Positions 43,356 to 52,145 of a stretch of 64,000 bases of DNA are shown here, piece after piece. The DNA comes from Dehalococcoidia bacterium. GTDB lineage: Bacteria > Chloroflexota > Dehalococcoidia > Lucifugimonadales > UBA1123. The position numbers and the translations under genes were made by a program. The stretch's first letter is position 1; each line of letters opens with the position of its first letter. The notes below the pieces were generated by a model. That model saw only the letters and a program-made list of their open reading frames with translations, did not search any database and had not been told where the DNA came from. The stretch spans positions 130,866 through 194,865 of the forward strand of contig OY762210.1 of the NCBI GenBank assembly GCA_963665255.1. Reading direction: 5' to 3'.

Positions 43356-44801
43356 CTAGTTCTCTTCGCCTAGCCACTCGACCATCAGAATGCCGATCTC
43401 GGCGGCGCGGCCCAGCAGCTCGGGATTGATGTGCTGGATCTCGTCTGCGGGCGAGTTGATGCGCGATAGGTCGTCGGAGATCAGGAACAGCACCGGGATT
43501 CCGGCCAGCCTGAACGGCCCGTGATCACTCGCTCCGCCAAGTCCTCTCCACTGCTCCTCTGAGAACGTGCCCAGGTTCATACCGAGATTGCTCCCGATCC
43601 TGCTCGCCTCGGCGGTTAGCTGGATGTCGCCAGCCGCCTGGAGAGTCCTGCCGGAGCCGAACGCGTCGAAGTTCAGCATGGCGATCGTGTTGTCGACCTC
43701 ATCCTGGCTCATGTTCTCGACGTAGTGGCGGCTGCCGAACAGTCCGATCTCCTCCGCGCCGAACAGGATGACCTTCACGTTGAATGGGTAGTCGCGATCG
43801 GATATGTGCTCTGCGATCGTCAGCACCGCCGAGATGCCCGAGCCGTTGTCGCTCGCGCCCTGGGAGTTTGGCACCGTGTCGTAGTGTGCCCCGACAATGA
43901 CCGTCCGGTCGCTGCCCGTGGACGTACGCATGTCTGCGATGACGTTGCGCGAAGGCGATGTCTCGTCGCCGACCGACACAGTTGCTCCGAGGTCGTCCTG
44001 CTCGACGAGGTCGCGGAGTTCGCGTCCGTCAGCCTGGCTGATGGCGACTGCCGGGATGCTCGGCTGGTTGGCGAACCTGCCGAAGAAGATGCCCTCCTGG
44101 TTGTTGAAGATGATCGCCCCGACCGCCCCGGCATCGGCTACGCGCTTCACCTTCTCCTCGAAGGTGATGTCGCCCCGCTCTATCAGCGCGACCTTTCCAT
44201 CGAGTCCCTCGGACGGAATGTCGTCCTCGAACGCGCGGTCAACGTATGTCAGCAGGCCGGTGGCGATCCCCTGGACGGGGGGCGCGATCGGGACCGACCG
44301 AGGCGACTCGGGCGCATCGCCCGTAGGCAGAACCAGTTCCACCATCGCGTTCGGGAGCGTGACGCCGAACTCCTGTATCGAGGTCTCGTAGCCGAGGTCG
44401 CTGAGCCTGCCGCGCAGGTGTTGGGCGGCTTCAAGCTCCTCGTCGGTCGCGCTCTCCCGTGGGCTGTACTCATCGGTCAGCTCCTGCAGCGTCTCGAACA
44501 CCTCGCCGGCAAGCGCGCTTGGCGCTACGGGCGCCGGAGTCGTCGTCGGCCGGGGCAGCGGCGTCTGCGTGGGCATCATCGGCATCGGAGTTGGCGACGG
44601 CCTTGGAGTCGACGTCGGCCCCGACTCGACGGTCGCAGTAGGGGGTGCAACGGTTGCAGTCGGAGGCGCTGCGATCTCAGTTGGCGCAGCAGCTACCGGT
44701 GGAGGGGCCTCCTCAGCGCCACACGCGACGAGTACGGCTACCGTTGCGGCTGCGAACAGCAGAAGAAGCTGGGACGTAAGAGACTTAGGAAGAGGTTTCA
44801 T
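43356..44801 (-). CDS. M28-family aminopeptidase with PA domain, lipoprotein (paralogue 1)
   Basis: 481 aa. Lipobox LVACG, a Pro/Thr-rich linker, a PA domain, and the M28 motifs VIVGAHYDTV...GASDNGSG...FGAEEIGLFGS...ASDHGPF. Confidence 0.85.
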   Translation of the reverse strand: MKPLPKSLTSQLLLLFAAATVAVLVACGAEEAPPPVAAAPTEIAAPPTATVAPPTATVESGPTSTPRPSPTPMPMMPTQTPLPRPTTTPAPVAPSALAGEVFETLQELTDEYSPRESATDEELEAAQHLRGRLSDLGYETSIQEFGVTLPNAMVELVLPTGDAPESPRSVPIAPPVQGIATGLLTYVDRAFEDDIPSEGLDGKVALIERGDITFEEKVKRVADAGAVGAIIFNNQEGIFFGRFANQPSIPAVAISQADGRELRDLVEQDDLGATVSVGDETSPSRNVIADMRTSTGSDRTVIVGAHYDTVPNSQGASDNGSGISAVLTIAEHISDRDYPFNVKVILFGAEEIGLFGSRHYVENMSQDEVDNTIAMLNFDAFGSGRTLQAAGDIQLTAEASRIGSNLGMNLGTFSEEQWRGLGGASDHGPFRLAGIPVLFLISDDLSRINSPADEIQHINPELLGRAAEIGILMVEWLGEEN

Positions 44802-44879
44802 GGTGTGAGGTTACAACCTCCGGGTTTCCAGTTACAACGACATGGGACGGCCCAGAGTTGGCTGCCGCCTAAGTCGGAG

Positions 44880-45070
44880 GGTGTACACGACATGTAGGGG
44901 CAGGTTTCGAACCTGCCCTATTCTCCGGCCCCCTCTCCCTCAGGGAGAGGGTTGGGGTGAGAGCCTGTCCCGTACTGGATACGGGGGTGAAAGTCATGCA
45001 GACCCCCATCTTGTCCGGTCCCTGGATACCGGCTTTCGCCGGTATGACAGAACTGGTGGAGGCCTCCTTA
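44880..45070. repeat. REP cluster
   Basis: Contains gtaggggcaggtttcgaacctgcccta (44894-44920), ccctctccctcagggagagggttggggtgagagcctgtcccgtactggatacgggggtgaaag (related to 25262-25300), and ataccggctttcgccggtat. Confidence 0.75.
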
Positions 45071-45097
45071 ATCCTGAGGACACAGCCGAAAGCCAGG

Positions 45098-45802
45098 TCA
45101 ACGGAGCGTGACAAGCACCTCGTTGCGACGAAGCATCGGGAGAGTGAAGGGCGGGTCGTAGGATGCCAGCTTCCAGTCGCCGAGATGTTGAAGCTCCCGA
45201 TCGGAAAGCCACTCTTCCAGTCTCACCCTGTGGGCCTCGCCCCTCTCGTTGGAGAATCGACCATTAAACCTGACCGTAGCCACACGGCTGGGCTCCACTT
45301 CCCGCAGCTCAATACGACTGCTGGTCGGAACAGGCGCCCTCTCATACGTGTAGTCCTCTGGAAGTATGAACGCCATGGTCCACCCGTCGATGCCCGCTCC
45401 ATCAATGCTGGACATCCCGTTAGGCGTGCCGCCTCGTTGAGGTTCGACAAGGACCGGCACCGTCATTGCCATCTTCTCGGATGAGGGCTCAACGAGTACA
45501 GGAGCAGTCATGTCGACCTTTATGCGGCTTTGGTTCGAGCCGGAGATGTATCCAAAGAGAGGCCTGAAGGAGCTCCGTGTCGCCTGATCAAACGGTGCCG
45601 AAAAGGTGGTCTCAGCTACCACGTAGCCCCGGTAGGAACGGACCTCGAAGTCACCCTCTTTGGAGATAACGCTATACGCCGGTTCCTCAAAGTCGCCCGC
45701 CGAGAACAAGCCCCCGCGCAGCATCCTGTAGACCAGCACTCCGGTCGCCAATACCAGGACGATAGTAATTGCTGCCACTATCCATCTCCGGTTCAAAGTC
45801 AT
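45098..45802 (-). CDS. SOUL/HBP heme-binding-like protein with N-terminal TM anchor
   Basis: 234 aa. EEPAYSVISKEGDFEVRSYRGYVVAETT...FRPLFGYISGSN...MTAPV...ASYDPPFTLPMLRRNEVLVTL. Confidence 0.8.
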   Translation of the reverse strand: MTLNRRWIVAAITIVLVLATGVLVYRMLRGGLFSAGDFEEPAYSVISKEGDFEVRSYRGYVVAETTFSAPFDQATRSSFRPLFGYISGSNQSRIKVDMTAPVLVEPSSEKMAMTVPVLVEPQRGGTPNGMSSIDGAGIDGWTMAFILPEDYTYERAPVPTSSRIELREVEPSRVATVRFNGRFSNERGEAHRVRLEEWLSDRELQHLGDWKLASYDPPFTLPMLRRNEVLVTLR

Positions 45803-45869
45803 CTTGTCCTTTCGAGTCGGGCCAGTCCTGAGACTGGCTTGTGTTTGGGTCGCGCTCGAGACCCGACAT

Positions 45870-45922
45870 GTAGGGGTAGGTTTGCTTCGCCAGCCGCTTT
45901 GCGGGTGTAAACCTGCCCCTAC
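45870..45922. repeat. 53-bp palindromic REP (long form)
   Basis: gtaggggtaggtttgcttcgccagccgctttgcgggtgtaaacctgcccctac. Its terminal CTA (45919-45921) is the TAG stop of the M28 paralogue 2 gene. Confidence 0.85.
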
Positions 45923-47367
45923 TCAGCCAGCGAATCCAGCATGGCGATTCCGATCTCGGCGGCGTAGCCGATGAGGTCGGGGTTGATGTGGTCGATGGTG
46001 TCTTCCGGGGAGTTGATGCGTGAGAGGTCGTTGGACGACAGGAACAACACGGGTATGCCGACCTCTGCGAACGGTGCGTGATCGCTCGACGCCCCTCTGG
46101 TGCCCTCCAGGGCGATGGGAGCGCCGAGGTCCTTGCCGATCTCGATGGCTTTGGACACGAGGTCGAAGTCGCCAATCGCATTGAGCGTGTTCCCCGATCC
46201 CAGCGCGTCGAAGTTCAGCATGACGATGGTGCTGTCTATCTCCACTTGGCTCATATTGTCGACGTAGTGCTCGCTGCCGAGTAGTCCGTATTCCTCTGCT
46301 CCGAACAGGACGATTCTGATGTCGAAGGGGTAGTCTCGTTCCGCAATGTGCCGGGCCACGGTCATCAGCGCAGAAACGCCCGAGCCGTTGTCGCTCGCGC
46401 CTTGTGTGTCCTCAACCGTGTCGTAGTGTGCGCCAAGGATGACCTGCCGCCGCGGTTCGTCGTCCGCTCTCTTGCGCATGGTCGCCACGACGTTCTGGGA
46501 CACTGCCGCGTATTTCATATTGGCGTTAAGGGTTGCCGATACTCTTTCGTCCTGTTCGATGAGTCGCAGCACCGTGCGGACATCTGCGGGGCTAAGCCAG
46601 AACACCGGGATGGTAGGGCGGTAGGTAAAAGGGATCAGGATGTCGTCAAGTTCCGCGCTGGTGACTATCGCACCCGGCGCACCTGCCTCTGCGACACGGT
46701 CGATCTGTTCACGGAAAGTAGTAGCGCCAATTTCTATGAGTGGAACCATGCCTGCCAGTCCGTCGTCAGGGATGTCCTCCTCGCGCGCGTCTCCCACATC
46801 CGTCACCAGGCCCGTCGAGGAGTCGTTCTCCTCCAAAATTACCGGCACCGGATTCACATGGAACTCTTCGGTGTTCAATATCGGCTCCCCCTCACCTGAG
46901 GTCAGGTTTAGTTCGGGGATGAAGAACCGAGGAGTGTTGAACTCCTGGAGCAAGGTCTCATAGCCAAGTGATTCGAGGTTCTTTTGAAGGTACAGAGCCG
47001 CCTCCACCTCCTCGTCGGTTATGCTCTCACGAGGACTGTACTGCGTGGTCAGCGTACTCAGTACGGCGTATGCCTCGTCCGCCAGGACGCTGGGCTCCGG
47101 TGTGGGCAGGACCAGCGCCGCGCCAGGCGTCGGGGTGGGACGTGGCGCCGGAGGCCACTGCTGTGCAACCGTCGCCTGGGCTGTCGGTGAAGGGACGCTC
47201 GCCGCTGTGGGCTCGTTCGCTAGTGCAGGTGTGTCCACCGGAGTGGGGCTGCTCACCGGCGCGGGGTCGCTGCACGCAGCAAGGACGAACGTCGCAGAGA
47301 TGACGATCAGCAGGACACTGGTCGCGCTGGAGATCAGGGTACTGTTCGGCTTGGCAAGACGTTTCAT
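45919..47367 (-). CDS. M28-family aminopeptidase with PA domain, lipoprotein (paralogue 2)
   Basis: 482 aa. Lipobox LAACS. ILGAHYDTV...GASDNGSG...FGAEEYGLLGS...SSDHAPF. Confidence 0.85.
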   Translation of the reverse strand: MKRLAKPNSTLISSATSVLLIVISATFVLAACSDPAPVSSPTPVDTPALANEPTAASVPSPTAQATVAQQWPPAPRPTPTPGAALVLPTPEPSVLADEAYAVLSTLTTQYSPRESITDEEVEAALYLQKNLESLGYETLLQEFNTPRFFIPELNLTSGEGEPILNTEEFHVNPVPVILEENDSSTGLVTDVGDAREEDIPDDGLAGMVPLIEIGATTFREQIDRVAEAGAPGAIVTSAELDDILIPFTYRPTIPVFWLSPADVRTVLRLIEQDERVSATLNANMKYAAVSQNVVATMRKRADDEPRRQVILGAHYDTVEDTQGASDNGSGVSALMTVARHIAERDYPFDIRIVLFGAEEYGLLGSEHYVDNMSQVEIDSTIVMLNFDALGSGNTLNAIGDFDLVSKAIEIGKDLGAPIALEGTRGASSDHAPFAEVGIPVLFLSSNDLSRINSPEDTIDHINPDLIGYAAEIGIAMLDSLAE

Positions 47368-47427
47368 GTATTGCCCCTTCTGTTTAAGTATTGCATGCCC
47401 GTGAACAGCGTGGTTGCCGATTACGAT

Positions 47428-47480
47428 GTAGGGGCAGGTTTGCTTCGCCAGCCGCTTTGCGGGTGCGAAACCTGCCCTAC
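47428..47480. repeat. 53-bp palindromic REP (long form)
   Basis: gtaggggcaggtttgcttcgccagccgctttgcgggtgcgaaacctgccctac. It overlaps the stop codon (47477-47479) of M28 paralogue 3. Confidence 0.85.
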
Positions 47481-48847
47481 CGTGGTTCGTTCGCCAACTG
47501 ATCCAGCATTGCGATGGCGATCTCGGCGGCGTAGCCGATGAGGTCGGGGTTGATGTGCTCGATGGTGTCTTCAGGTGAGTTGATGCGGGAGGTGTCGTTG
47601 GACGACAGGAACATCGTCGGGATGCCGGCCTCTTCGAATGGTGCGTGGTCGCTTGTCTCCTTGCCTCCCGCTGCCAAAGTGATGGGTGCCCCTAACTCCT
47701 TTCCGGCCTCAATGGCGTCCGAGGTGAGGTCGGAGTCGCCGGTCACATGGATCGTCGAACCTGATCCCAACGCGTCGAAGTTCAGCATGGCGATGGTGTC
47801 GTCGATCTCCTCACGGCTCATGGTTTCGACGTATTGCTTGCTGCCGAGCATTCCTGTCTTCTGTGCTCCGAACAGGACGATCTGGATGTCGAATGGATAG
47901 TCTCGTTCTGCGATGTGCGTGGCGACGGTTAGCAGTGCGGCCACTCCCGAGCCGTTGTCGCTGGCACCCTGTGAATTGGCCAGCGTGTCGTAGTGTGCTC
48001 CAAGGATCACCCGCCGCCGCGGGTTCTCTGCGGGTCCAGACTTGTTCGCGACCACGTTCCACAACGACCCTTGCGTCATGTCGACCTTGATGGATGCGGT
48101 CACGTCCCCCCGATCGATCAGTTCCAGCAGTGCGTTGCCCTTACCCGTACCTATGGAGACCACCGGTGTGCCTGAAGAAGCGCGAAAGGTATTGTCAATG
48201 TATGTGGTAGCGGAGGTTCTCGTGGCTTCCACGAAGGCCGCCACGGTGGCGTCGTCTTGGTCGAACAGGAGTATCGCTCCCACCGCGCCGGCCTTCTCGG
48301 CACGCTGGATCAGCTCATACATTGCCATCGGATCGGGCGTTATCATTCCATCGTCTGTGATCGGGGCGAGCTCAATCAGCGCGATCCTGCCTTCGAGTTC
48401 CCGATTCAGGATGTCCGACAGGGATAAGTCACCAAAGGGAGTCACCAGTCCGGTGGTGTAGCCACTCGGCGGGCTGACAGGTGGGCCATCGTGCAGATGC
48501 GGTCTGATAGGGTCCAGTGAGGCCCCGCCCTCGCCGGATTCCAGGGGTGGGTCCGCATAGAACATGTAGGTGGAATCGTGGGTGTAGCTAGTGCCGAATT
48601 GCTCAATGGAAGTGTCGTAGCCAATATCATCGAGCCTGTCTCGAAGGTGCAGCGCCGCGCGGGTCTCCAGCACGGCCCCGGCATTTCGTGGACTGTATTG
48701 CGTGGTTAACGCATCCAGAATGGCGTAGGCCTCGTCTGCCAGCGCACTGGGCTCCGGTGCGGGTTCGCTGCACGCGGTGAGGACGACTGCGGCAGATGCG
48801 GCGGTCAGCAGGAGCAGAGTGGGGAGAGCCTTAGACAGAAGCTTCAT
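47477..48847 (-). CDS. M28-family aminopeptidase with PA domain, lipoprotein (paralogue 3)
   Basis: ATG at 48847 gives MKLLSKALPTLLLLTAASAAVVLTACSEP... ILGAHYDTL...GASDNGSG...FGAQKTGMLGS...TSDHAPF. The ORF track start at 49291 runs through the REP and the neighbouring gene. Confidence 0.85.
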   Translation of the reverse strand: MKLLSKALPTLLLLTAASAAVVLTACSEPAPEPSALADEAYAILDALTTQYSPRNAGAVLETRAALHLRDRLDDIGYDTSIEQFGTSYTHDSTYMFYADPPLESGEGGASLDPIRPHLHDGPPVSPPSGYTTGLVTPFGDLSLSDILNRELEGRIALIELAPITDDGMITPDPMAMYELIQRAEKAGAVGAILLFDQDDATVAAFVEATRTSATTYIDNTFRASSGTPVVSIGTGKGNALLELIDRGDVTASIKVDMTQGSLWNVVANKSGPAENPRRRVILGAHYDTLANSQGASDNGSGVAALLTVATHIAERDYPFDIQIVLFGAQKTGMLGSKQYVETMSREEIDDTIAMLNFDALGSGSTIHVTGDSDLTSDAIEAGKELGAPITLAAGGKETSDHAPFEEAGIPTMFLSSNDTSRINSPEDTIEHINPDLIGYAAEIAIAMLDQLANEPR

Positions 48848-48870
48848 GGTGTGAGGATACAACCTTGCAT

Positions 48871-48924
48871 GTAGGGGCAGGTTTGCTTCGCCAGCCGCTT
48901 TGCGGGTGCTAAACCTGCCCCTAC
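48871..48924. repeat. 54-bp palindromic REP (long form)
   Basis: gtaggggcaggtttgcttcgccagccgctttgcgggtgctaaacctgcccctac. It overlaps the stop codon (48921-48923) of M28 paralogue 4. Confidence 0.85.
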
Positions 48925-50408
48925 CGCTCAGCAAGCGAGTCCAGCATGGCGATGGCGATCTCGGCGGCGTAGCCGAGCAGGTCGGCGTTGATGTGCTCGA
49001 TGGTGTCTTCAGGTGAGTTGATGCGGGAGATGTCGTTGGACGACATGAACATCGTCGGGATTCCGGCATCTTCGAACGGTGAGTGGTCGCTTGTCGACAG
49101 TCCGCCGCCTTGGAGTAAGATCGGCGCGCCGAGGTCCATCCCCAGATCTCTGGCTTCGAACGGGGAGTGATCGCTTGTCGCAGGTCCGCCGCCTTGGAGT
49201 AAGACCGGCGCGCCGAGGTCCGTCCCCAGCTTTCTGGCCTTGGACGTGAGGTCGTAGTCGCCAATGACGTGAAGCGTGGTCCCCGAGCCAAGCGCGTCGA
49301 AGTTCAGCATCGCGATCGTGCTGTCTATCTCCTGCTGGCTCATGTTATCCACGTAGTACCGGCTGCCGAACAGTCCTTCCTCTTCTGCTCCGAACAGGAC
49401 GATTCGCATGTCGAATGGGTAGTCTCGTTCTGCGATGTGCCTTGCGACGGTCATCAGAGCAGCCACTCCCGACCCGTTGTCGTTCGCGCCCTGCGTATTG
49501 GCCGCCGTGTCGTAGTGTGCGCCGAGTATGACGCTGCGGTCTGTTTCCTCAGTTCCACCCAGGTGCGCCACCACGTTCCACAACGGCCGCTTCATTACAT
49601 CGACCCTGATGGATGCGGTCACTTCCCCCCGTTCGATCAGCTCCATCAGCGCGTTGCCCTTGCCCCTGCCGATGGAGACCACCGTTATGATCCGTGGGTC
49701 TGGCGGCGTGCTGAATGGGTCCATATCCTTCGTAGTGGGAACGGTTATGTCGTCCTCCGCTTCGGTGTCCTCCATGTCGACGATGATTATCGCGCCAATC
49801 GCGCCTGCCCTCGTGACACGTCTGAGCGTCTCGTCGCTTGACTTCGCACCGGGCACTATCAGCGCGATCCTGCCCGCAAGACCCCGCTTCGGTATGTCCA
49901 TCCGGGATGTGTCTCCGACAGGAGTCAGAATCCCGGTGACGAAACCTGCAGGCGGGCTGAATGAGGGGCCATGACTTAGGAGCGGCCCGATGGGCTCCAG
50001 TATGGCCTCGTCCACACCGGACTCCAGGGGCGTGTCGGTATGGAACATGTAGCTGGAGCGGAAGGTGTAGCTGTCGCCGAATTCCTGGAGGGAGGTCTCG
50101 TAGCCACTGGCACTGAGCCTGCCCTGGAGGCTCAGTGCCGTCTCCATCTCATGGTCGGACCCGATCTCACGCGGGCTGTACTGCGTGGTCAGCACATCCA
50201 GAAGGGCGTAAGCCTCGTCCGCCAGATCGCTCGGCTCCGGCGCGGTCAGGGTCAGCGTCCCACCGGGCGTGGGGGTGGGTCGTACAGCGGTAGGCCACTG
50301 CTCCGCAGGCGACTGAGCCGTCGGAGCGGGGTCGCTGCATGCGGCGAAGATGGCGGTCGCTCCAGCCAGAGCTAGCGCGACGTACAGGACTTGTCTAATC
50401 GCTGTCAT
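48921..50408 (-). CDS. M28-family aminopeptidase with PA domain, lipoprotein (paralogue 4) carrying an internal 28-codon duplication
   Basis: 495 aa. Lipobox IFAACS. ILGAHYDTA...GANDNGSG...FGAEEEGLFGS..., then the SDHSPFE motif occurs twice. Confidence 0.85.
   Translation of the reverse strand: MTAIRQVLYVALALAGATAIFAACSDPAPTAQSPAEQWPTAVRPTPTPGGTLTLTAPEPSDLADEAYALLDVLTTQYSPREIGSDHEMETALSLQGRLSASGYETSLQEFGDSYTFRSSYMFHTDTPLESGVDEAILEPIGPLLSHGPSFSPPAGFVTGILTPVGDTSRMDIPKRGLAGRIALIVPGAKSSDETLRRVTRAGAIGAIIIVDMEDTEAEDDITVPTTKDMDPFSTPPDPRIITVVSIGRGKGNALMELIERGEVTASIRVDVMKRPLWNVVAHLGGTEETDRSVILGAHYDTAANTQGANDNGSGVAALMTVARHIAERDYPFDMRIVLFGAEEEGLFGSRYYVDNMSQQEIDSTIAMLNFDALGSGTTLHVIGDYDLTSKARKLGTDLGAPVLLQGGGPATSDHSPFEARDLGMDLGAPILLQGGGLSTSDHSPFEDAGIPTMFMSSNDISRINSPEDTIEHINADLLGYAAEIAIAMLDSLAER
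49071..49238. repeat. 84-bp tandem duplication (2 units) inside M28 paralogue 4
   Basis: Units 49071-49154 and 49155-49238 are nearly identical. They encode RKLGTDLGAPVLLQGGGPATSDHSPFEA and RDLGMDLGAPILLQGGGLSTSDHSPFED. Confidence 0.9.
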
Positions 50409-50806
50409 GGGCGCAAATGCCTTCGCGCATCTGCGCCATGGTTCCGGGCGGGCTGAGGCGATGAGAGAGACGCCCCATCATCTCGGGCTGAGCCAGTTAC
50501 ATAAGGGTATCCACGCTGCTGATTGAACACTCCATTGGCGTCCGTTCCCCCGGCTGCTATCGATGCCAAACGGCATCTCTACAACCAGCGTAACCCAGCT
50601 TCTGCGGGGTGTGTTAGGTAAGTTCCTTAATGTGGCGATTGGCTGGATTTATGGGAATTGGGGGTTGCAGGACGACAGATTAATCAGGCGGGAGGTCTGG
50701 TGTGGAGCTGAGACCTCTGGAACTCGCAATAGAACGTCCGCTTGAGGTCATGGGGGAAACACCCTTCCAGCTACATGGCAACGGTAGGCGTAGGGCTGCG
50801 TCGATC

Positions 50807-51391
50807 TTATCGACGCCGACTGTTCTGTCGCCGGTCACGCTCACGTGCCGCTCTCTTATTGGCCCCTGTCACGGCGAGACGCCATCTGAGCATATCTTCG
50901 CTGATGCCAAACCGTTCAAGGGCTTGCCATTCGGTAAGCTGTCCCCTGGCGACGGCCAGAGCCATGTCGTCGGTTACGAGCAGCACGCCGCCAACCCAGG
51001 CAGCTTCCGCTTCATTCGTGTCATTCCAATTGCGGCAGCCCGTCAGTCTATTCAGTGCAGGAGCAGGTTCATGAAGAAGAAGACCATGTGCCAATTCATG
51101 AGCCAAGTTGCTGTTCTGGCGTTTCGGAGAGTGTGAGTCGTTGTGAACGATCATTCTACGATGACGGTCGAATACGGTTAGGGCGGAGAAGGCCTCCCGA
51201 CCCACAGTCAGGAAGTGCCTGGCTCCGTCCAAGCCTTTCGGCAGGTCCCTGAGAGTCATAACTGGAATCGCGAGGTGACAGGCTAGTCGATGGGGGTCGA
51301 GACGGTCCAGCTTTGCCAGTCCAAGCTCAGCTCTGACTTCCTTCACCAGCGCTTCGGCTTCGGTCTTGAATCCGCGTCGCAGTTTTGCCAT
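50807..51391 (-). CDS. ImmA/IrrE-family zinc metallopeptidase (CapP-like)
   Basis: 194 aa. HExxH in NLAHELAHGLLLHEP. The start abuts the stop of the upstream XRE gene with 0-nt spacing. Confidence 0.8.
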   Translation of the reverse strand: MAKLRRGFKTEAEALVKEVRAELGLAKLDRLDPHRLACHLAIPVMTLRDLPKGLDGARHFLTVGREAFSALTVFDRHRRMIVHNDSHSPKRQNSNLAHELAHGLLLHEPAPALNRLTGCRNWNDTNEAEAAWVGGVLLVTDDMALAVARGQLTEWQALERFGISEDMLRWRLAVTGANKRAARERDRRQNSRRR

Positions 51392-51751
51392 TTAGTCTGA
51401 GATTCTGAGCCTTTCGTATGTCGCCCTAACCACCTCGTCGAGTGCTGCCGCACCCTCCGGTGTGAGGTTCTTGTCCGCTCTGAGATGAGTTGAGATCATA
51501 GCCAATGGCTCACGCTCACCTTGTCGCGACGCCGAGCGCACGAAGTCGTCAGCCCTAATCCCTGACCATGACGACAGCGCGGCTAGGCCGTCGACATCGG
51601 GACGTTTGCCCTGCGCCATGCGAGTGAGGGTCGACGCGCTTACGCCGGTCTCATTGGCGACCTGTTTCCAACTCAATTTCCTGGCCTGCCTGGTAGCGTT
51701 AAGGGCGTCGTAGAATCCCTCGTTGTCGAATGTGCCGTATTTCTCTGCCAT
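51392..51751 (-). CDS. XRE-family HTH transcriptional regulator (CapH/ImmR-like)
   Basis: ATG at 51751 behind GGAGGG. ...RQARKLSWKQVANETGVSASTLTRMAQGKRPDVDGLAALSSW is a Cro/C1-type HTH. Confidence 0.8.
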   Translation of the reverse strand: MAEKYGTFDNEGFYDALNATRQARKLSWKQVANETGVSASTLTRMAQGKRPDVDGLAALSSWSGIRADDFVRSASRQGEREPLAMISTHLRADKNLTPEGAAALDEVVRATYERLRISD

Positions 51752-51766
51752 CTTGCCCTCCAACGA

Positions 51767-51795
51767 TTGCACTTTCGCAATTCCATGTCTATAAT
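51767..51795 (+). promoter_or_regulatory. Near-consensus sigma70 promoter for the Ubl operon, embedded in CGCAAT repeat (operator-like) sequence
   Basis: TTGCAC (51767-51772), 17-nt spacer, TATAAT (51790-51795). The inverted repeat ATTGCactttcGCAAT overlaps the -35 box. Three more CGCAAT copies lie at 51808-51835. Confidence 0.55.
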
Positions 51796-51844
51796 AGAAT
51801 TCGCGGATCGCAATCATGCGCCGCAATCGCAATATATAGAAGGG

Positions 51845-52129
51845 ATGTTACCACACATGACTACGACAGCAACCCGGCAGTCGGAGGATAAGCCCGAGCA
51901 GAAGTTCCAGGTGGAGGTCAACCGTAAACCAGTTGATGTTGACGGTCCGCTGACAACAGGGCTGGCAATCAAGGAAGCAGCTATTGAGCAGGGAGTCCCC
52001 ATTGGGCTCGATTTTCAACTCGCGAAGGTTGACTCCGAAGGCAAGCACATTATCGTCGGCGACACGGACAAGGTGGACGTGAGCGAGTTCAAGACCTTCT
52101 TCGCCACTCGTGGCGACGACAATTCGTAG
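51845..52129 (+). CDS. Ubiquitin-like beta-grasp protein ('multiubiquitin'-type single domain)
   Basis: KFQVEVNRKPVDVDGPLTTGLAIKEAAIEQGVPIGLDFQLAKVDSEGKHIIVGDTDKVDVSEFKTFFATRGDDNS fits the pattern of Ubls encoded with prokaryotic E2/E1/JAB genes. Alternative ATG at 51857. The ORF track start at 51767 lies within the promoter. Confidence 0.6.
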   Translation: MLPHMTTTATRQSEDKPEQKFQVEVNRKPVDVDGPLTTGLAIKEAAIEQGVPIGLDFQLAKVDSEGKHIIVGDTDKVDVSEFKTFFATRGDDNS

Positions 52130-52145
52130 GCAGGGAACTCTCTTG

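Noticed and set aside
43725-44897. 390-aa ORF antisense to M28 paralogue 1.
   Set aside because: Shadow ORF in GC-rich DNA. The opposite strand encodes a protein with a complete lipobox, PA domain and M28 motif set.
48848-49291. N-terminal 148 codons of the track ORF 47477-49291.
   Set aside because: It reads through the REP element and the antisense of M28 paralogue 4. The signal peptide and lipobox begin at the ATG at 48847.
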